From positions 1-64,000 of the forward strand of contig NW_020845859.1 in the NCBI RefSeq assembly GCF_003704095.1: DNA of 64,000 nt, written 5' to 3'. The stretch's first letter is position 1; the number at the start of each line of letters is the position of its first letter. The notes below the pieces were generated by a model that worked only from the letters and a program-made list of their open reading frames with translations, had not been told where the DNA came from and made no database searches. Of the stretch, positions 52,002 to 62,200 are shown one piece after another. The translations under genes and the position numbers were made by a program. Origin of the DNA: Pocillopora damicornis. Taxonomy: Eukaryota.

Positions 52002-53314
52002 ATGGAAGTTCATGCATGTCTCTTGGTGGTCTCATACTTATTGGCGTCCTGTCATGCCGGCCTTATTCAAAAGCCTGTGTTGGAGCATCCTCAGCAGGTT
52101 TTTTGTAAAGCAGACTTTGGTGAGTTTTGCGCTTCATTGAAAATTTTAAGAGATCATGGTTCTGTTAAAGTAGCAATGACCATGTGTCAGTTTAGGGTTT
52201 ATAGGGATCCCAGGCTCCTGTTTTATGTTGCAATATTCAATCGACAGCCGGCCCGGTTGAAAAGGGTCCTATAACGGATTTGAGTTCATCATTCAACTTA
52301 TAAGGATTCAAGAAGGAAAGCTTAAGTTTTGGAGCTCAACACCAGGGATTCCTGCCACAATTTTATTTGTCTTTCAGAATTGTCTCACCCAATTAAGCGT
52401 TAAATGGTCAATGAAAAATTAGTTTCAAATTGTCGGGAGAACTGAAAAAGGAATCAAAGAAGCTTATGCGTGGCATACCATAACAAGAAAGTGGTAGATC
52501 AAGGCAGATGAAATTTGAATAAGTTTAAAAGTTACGAACCTAAATTTGCACCAAACTTCTGTAATAATGTCGCTTAGCTTTGAAAATAAAGAAACAGGCG
52601 TGCGACCTACGCTGATTTGCTTATGAGCCCGCGATTTTGGGGATAAATATCCTTTGAACTGGCGAAGTTCAATGCTGTAATTTGTTATTTAACGAAAGGG
52701 TCTACATATTGCAAAGTTTTCACGACACTATCTTTTCCATCACAGTTATACGTGCCGATGTTGTGTCGGGACCTGAAACAGATCCGGAAGGTCACTATGA
52801 AGTTTTCAGCATAAACATCACGGAAGTCTTCAGAGGATTGTCACGCGGACCTGCCCTGAACGCTACCAAACTTTACACTCCCGGTAATATGTCGACAGAG
52901 AGAGTGACTGGCCCTTATGGGATCAGAGCAGGCGCTGAGTACCTTTTGCACGGCGAAATTTTGAAAGGTGTAGGAATGTATACGAGATTCTCCTCATTGC
53001 GGAAGGAGTGGAATAATGTGATCCCACAAGAGAGAGAAAAATTTCAGTATTATGAAGCCGGATGTCGTCAATGTCAGTTGAAACTGTGTGGTGAAACCGA
53101 CCTAGAATGTCAGAAAAAGTTGCCCGGATGTGAGATGAAGGCAAATCAGTTAGCCCCCTGGCAGTTCTTGAAATCGTTTTGCTGGCATAGGTATGAGCAC
53201 TGTGAAGTGGATGCAACTGGTGAGCAGTGTTACTGGAGGAAAACAGACGAACCGAAAGAATGCGAGGAGAGCAATCCTTCTTCCATAAATAGCTTTCAAG
53301 GCGTCGAGGCATGA
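52002..53314 (+). CDS. Two-domain TIMP-like protein lacking the CxC inhibitory motif (TIMP-G), ~228 aa
   Basis: Exons 52002-52119 (MEVHACLLVVSYLLASCHAGLIQKPVLEHPQQVFCKADF) and 52746-53314 (VIRADVV..EVFRG..KLYTP..EYLLHG..YYEAGCRQCQ..QCYW). Frame intact. Confidence 0.9.
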
Positions 53315-53819
53315 AATATGAGCAGATGGGAAAAAAACTTGTACCTTCAAATGAGACTTAAAAATAAAATAAAAATACGATATTATTCGGTGCTTATAAA
53401 TTGCCAGTTCAATGTAAACTTAGATATACCTTTCATAGGAATGATGTTAAGTTGTATCAAATCGATATCTGTGAGAGCTGTAGACATCAAAGTAAATCAA
53501 TTAAAGCTTTTAAGACGAAGAATGCTTCTCAAGATTCTTTTTTATGATCGATATTGACAGCCAAGGGAACTGTGTACAACTTTAAGGAAAGCAAATCAGT
53601 GGAAACTCATATCTTACCAATTGGGTAATATCACGAATGCATAGAAATACGACCATAAAACAAAGCATCTCTATTTCTCGAGCTAAAATCTTTGATCGAG
53701 TTTTGTCTCATCCGTTTATCACAGCAACTCTTGTGGGAAAAGGTCACCCGTTTACCTTAACTCCTTCCATCTGAACTCAAGCGAAACCTCTCGTAGCGTT
53801 AAGTATGGAGATGGGGAAT

Positions 53820-54013
53820 GAAGGGGGTGGGTGGGGAAATCCGTGTGTATTCATGACACTCTCATTCTGAAAGGGGTGGGGTGGGGAAATCCGTGTGTAC
53901 TCGTGACACTCATTCTGAAAGGGGTGGGGTGGAGAAATCCGTGTGTACTCATGACACTCATTCTGAAAGGGGAGGGGTGGGGAAATCCGTGTGTACTCGT
54001 GACACTCTCATTG
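53820..54013. repeat. Minisatellite, ~48-bp unit x4
   Basis: Unit gaaaggggtggggtggggaaatccgtgtgtactcgtgacactcattct. Confidence 0.92.
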
Positions 54014-55962
54014 TGACATGATAATGCTTACGATAATAATCTTGATTATGATAATGAAAATGATGATATATAACAATACATGACATCATATTGGATGAGT
54101 TTTGACTGATAGCATGAGAAAATAACGGTGATAGATTTCGTTTACATTCCTCGGATTCGCACTTTTTCGCAATCTGAATTTCTAGTTTTGTATCTTATTG
54201 ACTTAGAAAAAATATTCTCACGGGAACCTCAATCCCTCCTCCTTTGCAATGAGGTCTATCGCCGTCTTTTGAAACGGATTTGTTCTCAATGGAGCCAAAC
54301 ACTGATATATTGGCCATTATTTAATCTCGAAGAGTGTGAAATTAGGGTCAAGTAAGGATATTTATTTAAAGGTCCGGGTTTTATTCTGGGTTAGAATAAA
54401 GTGACCCATCCAGCCGGTAATCAGTTTCTATAACATGAAGCCACTAAGAATATGAAGGGGATGCCATTTTATTGCAAGGTTACACCCCAGCATTTCCGAA
54501 ACAGTTCCTTGGCTCCCATTAACACACACGGGTGGAGAGAGGCGCTTTGCGTAAAAAGTCTCGCCCATGGATTCGGCCAGGTCTCGAACCCAGACTTCAT
54601 GACCCGGTCTCTGTATAGATTGGCGGTCAGCTGGTTACTAACACAAGTGCCATATGCATATTAATTTCATAAAGAACTAGAATTGGGATTTTTTTTTTCT
54701 TGTTTACGCCTAAAGGATTTCGCAAACTTGTGGCAGCCAAAATGATTCGTCTGACAGCCTCAAGTGCTATGAAATAGTAATTCATCCTCAGACGAGAATC
54801 TCTATTACTGAGGCAACAGTTAGTGTTATCGAGTTACAAAAGCTACGTCAATTATTTGTTTTGCTGACCGCCAATAGCTCTTTTCTACTTGAAGAGAAGT
54901 GCGTTATTCCGTCTGTTTGCAATTCAATACGGGCCAGACAACCCTCAAGTGGCTTTTGTGGTTGTTGTAGGCGGGAAACGGGTTTCAGAACAAAAATAAT
55001 TGGGGCTTGCTTGTAACTGAATTGTGGTCAAATATGGAATAAGCGGAAGTGAATAAAACATAAAGCTTTCAGACAAATCTTTAATTTAAAACCTATATAA
55101 CAGCCTATTTATAAGCTTTAAAAAAATCAACAAGTTGGCTCCGATCCGAACGTGCCTTCGCTCACCTTTAATTTATTCTGCTCGTAAAAGAATCCTAGAG
55201 TCCAAAGACGTAGACTGCTTTTACGTAGGAAAGTAAGCGGGTATATGGCACGTTTTGTTGACAAAACACCAAGAGAAACCCCTTAACACACTCAGAGCTG
55301 AGTATAACTAAATGAAAACATGACAAGACTGTTTCAATGTTTCTCTATAAAAAACCTCTCTACAAATGAAATTGGGTCTTTTTCGTTTTTTGTTTCTTTA
55401 AGTGGTTGGGAAAGGACGTGACTTCCTACTGAAATTCTAACTCATTTTACCATTTGGCACGTGCGTGACTTCGTAAACCCTAAGAAACTTCTGCCAAACG
55501 AAAGCACTGGGGAGAACGATCTTTCAGTTTCCTTTGGCTTACACGTTTAAAAACATCAAACTTACAAAAATATCTGGCATTTCTGTGAACTTGACCTTCG
55601 TGACTTCGTAACTCCATTCGCCGTAGTAGCTAAGTCTTTAGCATATAACAGCAGATGAATTCATCTTGGTTTTTTCTTTCTTTCTTTCGAGAAAACAATC
55701 TGTGTTCATCAAGATATCTGTCTTGAATAAATTGCTTGAATAACTTCCGTAAAATTTTTACCAGTCTAAAGAGGCACTGAAATCCGTATGAGCGCGTCGC
55801 TTAAGGTGTAATTTGTCTCCATCCAAGTGGAGGGCTTGTCCCAACCTAGAATGTTCGGCGGAAGTCGGGTAACAGTCAACATTTGTATTTCGAGTTATGA
55901 TATTTTCGTGTCCACTTTAAATTCCTCACGGAATCCGCCCACCCAACTCCCAGTTACACAGG

Positions 55963-55971
55963 ATATAAATA
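55963..55971 (+). promoter_or_regulatory. Candidate TATA box of TIMP-H
   Basis: ATATAAATA ~90 bp upstream of ATG 56055. Confidence 0.45.
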
Positions 55972-56054
55972 TAGACGAACCGCCGCTTTTCTCAATCAGC
56001 CAAAGGTGATTCAAGAACTTCAACAGGCGAAAGTCAAAACAGAAATTGGAAGCC

Positions 56055-57157
56055 ATGGAAGTTCACCCGCGTCTCATAGTGATGTTATGTTTGATTGCAT
56101 CTTGTTATGGAGGTATTATTCAGTCGGAACATCCCCAACTAGCTTTTTGTAAAGCGGATTTCGGTGAGTTTATAGAATGTTTGAAGATCCTTAGAAATCA
56201 TAATGCTTTTAACAATTTGTAACTTAGAGTTGTAGATCAAAAAAAACGTTTCGCAACTGAGAGAAAGCACAACTTGAAACTGTCCTGGTTAGATTGAATT
56301 TGGACATTTATGTGCATGTTCCAGGATGGTAAAAGAAAAAACATTTGACTTCGGATTGTGCGTGTAAGTTTTCACGTTTTTCAATGGGTTTAGAGAAGAA
56401 AAAAAAAAGGAGAGAGAGAGAGAGACAAAGGAAAGTGTCAACATGGTCAAGTGTCGGAAATGCCATTGTTTATTGACGTTACCGGTATTTTTTCATTATC
56501 TAATTATTATTATTGATATCATCTTATTTTTATTATCATTATTATTATTTTACAGTGATACGTGCCCACATCGATTCGGGACCTGAAACAGAGGGTAACT
56601 ATTTTGTTTTCAAGATAACCATTAAAGAAATTTTCAAAGGGTTGTCGCTCGGACGTCAAGGTAAGGCCTTCGGTTTGCTGGAAACAGAATTCAAGACGAA
56701 ACTTTACAGCCCCGACGGCAGCACGTCTGATAAAGTAACCGGACCATTTGGGATCAGAACGGGAGTCGAGTACCTCTTGTTTGGGGATATTCTGCACGGC
56801 GGGAGGCTGTTTACGAAATTCTCCTTTCTGCGAGAGGACTGGGACACAGTGACTCCACGAAAAAAAGCAAACCTTCGGGGGTACTATGAGGCCGGATGCC
56901 GTCAATGTCAGATCAGGCCATGTGGTGAATCTGACTTGGAATGTCGCAAAAAGTTACCTGGCTGTGAGAAGAGAGCGACCCAGACTCCGTACTTGTATCA
57001 ATGGACGCTTCTATCGAGGTGTTGGAAGCAATTTGAGCACTGCGAGGTTGATGCAACTGGTCTGCAATGTTACTGGAACGAAACAAGGGAATCGAAACGA
57101 TGCAAGGAAAGAAACTCATTGCCCCTTCCTTCTAGAGGCAATTCATATGATGCATAA
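56055..57157 (+). CDS. Two-domain TIMP-like protein lacking the CxC inhibitory motif (TIMP-H), ~236 aa; tandem paralog of TIMP-G
   Basis: Exons 56055-56163 (MEVHPRLIVMLCLIASCYGGIIQSEHPQLAFCKADF) and 56556-57157 (VIRAHI..EIFKG..KLYSP..EYLLFG..YYEAGCRQCQ..QCYW). Confidence 0.9.
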
Positions 57158-58686
57158 ACAGCTGAACTTGACCTAACTATTATCTTCAAATGAAACTAAT
57201 TAATTTGTAGTTTTGCTCTGGTATTTTTTGAAGTTATTATTCACTGAGTTGCTGCTTTTAAACATTTTATTGTAAAACGTGTTAGAGTTCTAAAATAGAA
57301 ATGTTTGTATTATTATTATTACTATTATTATTATTATTATTAACTAAACAAGCACTTTTTGCAATGACTTTGTCAGTCAAACTAATGGTTTGATTCTTTA
57401 AATAACAAAAAAATGTTACCCAAAGGAACAAACTCGTCCATAGTGACGGTATAAAGATATAAGTAAACAGTGGCTATCTCCTTTGTTGATTAAAGCTTAA
57501 AATTAAAAAAAACATTTTCTTCAAGGTCGAATCACATTAAGCATGGCAACCGAGAACATTAGTCAATTTGTATCTTTCATGGGATCACTTATCTAATCCG
57601 TGCGGGCAAAGGTTATCTATTTTCCGTGAATGAGTGTGTCTCCACACAGGGAGCCCTCAGAGGCTGGGGGCGTAGCGAAGCGTGTTCCTCTTCCGACAGG
57701 CAGAGCCCTTCAGAGGGAAAGGCTTAGGAGGTCCGCAAAGGTCACAACATGATTCCATCCACCTTCGCGGATGTCCTTCGGGAAAAAATTCGTACGCGCG
57801 CTAGTTTCATTAAAATCCTAGCAAACTATATATCAGAAGAAAGAGCGGCATTTCTTTTAAGGAAGTGTCAAGAGCCGGTAAGGCGTGATACGACCGAAGG
57901 TTCTTCTATTGAATNNNNNNNNNNNNNNNNNNNNNNNNNNNNNNNNNNNNNNNNNNNNNNNNNNNNNNNNNNNNNNNNNNNNNNNNNNNNNNNNNNNNNN
58001 NNNNNNNNNNNNNNTTTTTCCAAAGAGATTCCACGTGTGAATTTTGTAAAGTGCACGATGTAAACAAAATATGGAAATGACATGAAAATCGAGCCTCACC
58101 ATAAGCGACTGCCGCGAAAAATCCCCAGGGGATTCGCCCACGTCCCAGATTATGACGCCTTCCTGATTTACTAACTTTTATATGAAAATACGTTTTTCTT
58201 AATAACTCGGGTGTTTTTTAAAGATTTCGGAAAATGTTTTTATGCAAATGTTAGGTTGAATGTTTGAATTCTGTGTAGTCAAATAAAAGAAAATCAATTT
58301 TTTCGGCCTCTGAAGGTGGGAAGTAACCTTAGACAAAAAGAAAATATCTTCTTAATAGCCGGGTTCTTTATTTACATACAGCTATTTCATATTTACAACG
58401 AGGCAGCCTATTTAGATAATAGCGATTTATTTGGAATATACCGTTATATTCCTTCTAAGCTTTCAAGAGCTGACCTGGAAAAAGTGTTTCAGTATAGCAA
58501 GGACTGAGCAAGACTAAATTAGAGAGTAAAATTACTTCCAACTTAGAAAGGCTATTGAACCTTGCTTTATACTAATATGAGTTCAAAGTTAAGAAACCAG
58601 GGAGACGCAGACGCTTTTTATTAAATTTTGCAAGAGCTATCATTTCTTTCCCTTCTCTCTTCTCATTTTCCTTCATCCTCTGCCTC

Positions 58687-59018
58687 TTAACAGACAGCAC
58701 GAGCTGCTTTATCGCCGTCATCTGTAACAAATTCGTTCTCTTTGTGGTCCCCATCAACATCATCCGTTACAGCGCGGTTTTCGTAAGTATGAGAGATTTT
58801 TGTAATGTCTTCTGTCTGAACTGAACAGTCGGCGGTGTGAACTAGAAGGAGTAAGGTGCATTCAAAATATTACTAAAAGTGTAACGGAATTATCCTATCT
58901 CTGGAGATAAAGAAATTGGCGCAAAATAGGTACATCGGGTGATGTTTTTGGAAGGAAGACTTTTCAGGACTTTCAGGAAATGTAGAGGACGTGGTGAACC
59001 CCAGCAAGGTCCTATTGC

Positions 59019-59063
<45 letters not shown>

Positions 59064-59120
59064 AAAAACCGTTCAATCGATTTAGTCTAGAATCTGGAAA
59101 TAGAAAGAGGCTAGATATGT

Positions 59121-59161
<41 letters not shown>

Positions 59162-59235
59162 CGGAAGATATGAGGAGAAACGTTTTTCCCAAATTTATAG
59201 AGATTTGTATGGAGCCGCCATGCTGGTGCCCACCT

Positions 59236-59267
<32 letters not shown>

Positions 59268-62200
59268 CAGAAACATCTGTCACTGAGTTTTGGTACAAAA
59301 GCGTGAATTTATCTCTCTAAGAACTCATAAACGTAACAATAATACTTTATTCTAATACAAGAACTGTTCAGATAGCTGAATTTCCCTAAATAAGTCACCT
59401 TTTAAACCAACATAACAGCTCTCTCGCTCGTCATGTAAAGGCCACGTCACGCAAAAGCTTAGAAATTCAAGAGTAGTCTATCACTAAACCAAGAACCCAT
59501 TTGGAGTGAAAATTTGTCTGAATATTAGTTTTTAGCTGCTCTAATACATCATGAAAGTAAAATCTCAGGAGGATCAATAGTTCTGAAGTCTGAAATTTAG
59601 TGACGTCACGTGAAAACCAGCAATTAATCTCTTACGGGATGCCCAGAAAAAGTAATTATCCATGACAACAAAAAAAAAACCTGGTATGCCGACAAGTGTT
59701 CTTTGGTTGGTCGTATTAGTAAGAGCTCTTACTGGGTCAAGAGGGGATAGAAAAGCAGCCGAGTCTGAAGAAATTTATATGAAGAAACACCTGGACTCTT
59801 ATTCAAGCATGTTGTGGTGACGACTAAATGTTGTTTACAGTAACAGGAAGTCCTATCGTTTTCTCTCGTAGTAACCCATTGTAACTGTACTCGAGCAGTG
59901 GTGGCCCATGCAGCTGGAGTTTATCGTGATTTCTACAGCATTAAGTGACCAGAAGTATTTTAACTCCCTCCCTGACAGGATGCCAGTTTACCGCCAGGCT
60001 ACCCCCAGCGCTTCATTAGGCCTCCCTAACAATTCGTCGCTACCCATTTATACTCCTGAGGGGAGATAAATACGGTGAGAGTTACGTGTTTTGGCCAGGA
60101 ATACAAGACAGTGACTCTACCTGCAACTTATGGCTACTCATATACTCCAATCTCTTTCAATTACTGAGTAAATCGTGTGCCATTTACTTGACTTACCTAC
60201 TTTCTTACACTTCATGGTGGCCGGAAGGAAAGCAACCACAGCTAAGAAACCCAGTAATGACGCAGCGCCTGGTACCACAGAAAACGCGTATCGGACATAC
60301 TCAGCGGTGGCTCTGCCGAGATACGTCAAGAACGTGTTACGTCAATACTCATTAAAAAAGTTATATGTGTTACTTAATTCCGTGTTACGTGCTCACGTGT
60401 AAAGCGTGAAGCGTTAAGTAGTAAGGGTTACGCGTTCAGCGTTTAATGTTATGTGTTAAGTGTTGCGTGGCACGTGAATCTAGATCCTAAACTCGAGCGG
60501 CCTGGAGAATGAACACGTGTAGGACTTTGTAAACTCTCATCAATTATTTAAAGAATCCTAACGGTTGGTTACTATCACTTTCACTTCGCATTTTTTTTTA
60601 CAATTCGATTGAATGGGCGGATAAATTGACAAACAAATAAATATTAGAAACATTGCTGCTGCGTCAGTGGGAGGAATAACTTAGTTTATTTACTGAGTTG
60701 ATAATGTAAATTTCTTAAGCTGACATTTCGAGCGTTAGTCCTTCGTCAGAGGTGCACATGCGTGCATCACTCACCTGCCGGTAGGAAACAATTCCTGAAT
60801 GACTAAAATAGAAGTCCCACAAGCCACCTTGGCTAAAATGCTCATCGACGCAAAGACGAACGCACCGGACTCTTTATTGTCTCCGACCAGCTTACCAGCC
60901 AGAGCCAATGACGTCACGTACATCACAGAACTACCGCATCCTACAAGGATCGCAGCGCAGTAGGCCGCGTTCTTTCCCGATTCGTCTTGAAGGTAAAACC
61001 AAGCTGAGGATCCTACCACCAGAGAGGCGGCAAAGCAGTATGTCCACTGTTAAGAGGAGCGGTTGAGTATGCAAATTAGCAAGGCAATCTACTACAATCC
61101 AATGTAAAGCTCTAGGCTCCCAAGCTTTAGGTTAATAACCTACTTATTTTGATGTCATTACCACTCACTTTGTCTCCAAGCATTTTGTCGAGTTTCTTCG
61201 CGGCTAAGCTCGAAATTACACTGCTGAGCAAGATCACTAGAGGGAAATAAGCGATGGATTCCTTCAAGAGAAAAAGGTATATTCATATTTTTAATCATTC
61301 TGTAGATCTTAGAGGAACTAAAACGAAGATGGATGTAATGGCATAGCAGACTGCCTCTTTCTCACAGCTCATCATACTCCCCAAGGCCTTTCCCCTCGCC
61401 CTTCACTTCGTATCCATCACTCCTTATTATGCCTCGGTCCAAATTGTACATTCCTCTCACTTAGTTTCGTACCCGGATCCGTGTAACTAAAATATCAAGT
61501 TTGGCCGTGAGAGGTCTGGGTAAGAGGATAACTTTCCCCCAAAACGTCCTTCTCCCAACACCCCTGAACTCTACCTCCGCATCCATCACCACTCATGTCC
61601 TTTTCCTAACCCCAATTTAACAAAGCCCCATCTATCATCCTTTCCTCCTCCTTCCATCTTTTCTTATTTTACTGTGACAATAAAGTCGAGGAATAAGAAA
61701 GTAGCGATAACCTTTTCAAATCCGAGGGTTTCCGTCAAATAAAGTGGAACGTACGAAGAGCTGACTACTTGAACGAGGCGCGCACACATGAAGGCAAAAG
61801 AGATCTGTAAAAAAAGAAAAAGCGAGAATATTTTTTGATGCGATCAAGGTTGTTTATTAAATGTTTTCGGGCAGACCCCTCCTGTTATTTGAGATAAGTT
61901 ACCACCAACGTTTATCCAATTAGACGTGAATTTTTCGAGCCAAGCTCTCCGCAGCCTAATACATTCTTATCGATTGAAAACACTTCCCAAAATTACCTTA
62001 TAGAACAGTGGAGTTTTAAACCAATAAGACCAGCTCTTGTTAGTTTTACTACTCTTCGTTCCCTGATCATTCAATATCTCTATTATAAAACTGTCTCCAC
62101 TGAAACTCGCATCAGTCGTCTTGGAGAGCAAGCCTCCGCGGCTGCTATAAGACGAAAGGGACCTGTGTCCAACGTAGAAAGAGCTGGATTCCATTGCAAT

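Noticed and set aside
53831-54016. ORF with a 16-aa repeat; CRISPR-like appearance
   Set aside because: A tandem minisatellite with no unique spacers, in a eukaryotic context with no cas genes.
57650-58335. Possible TIR transposon (cctcagaggc / gcctctgaagg)
   Set aside because: Interrupted by an N-gap, so ends and TSD cannot be established.
58572-58763. 63-aa ORF as the terminal MFS exon
   Set aside because: Splice phase selects another frame (58841-58687, VHTADC...ARAVC*).
59050-59298. 82-aa ORF
   Set aside because: Lies entirely within the TIR-bounded non-autonomous element.
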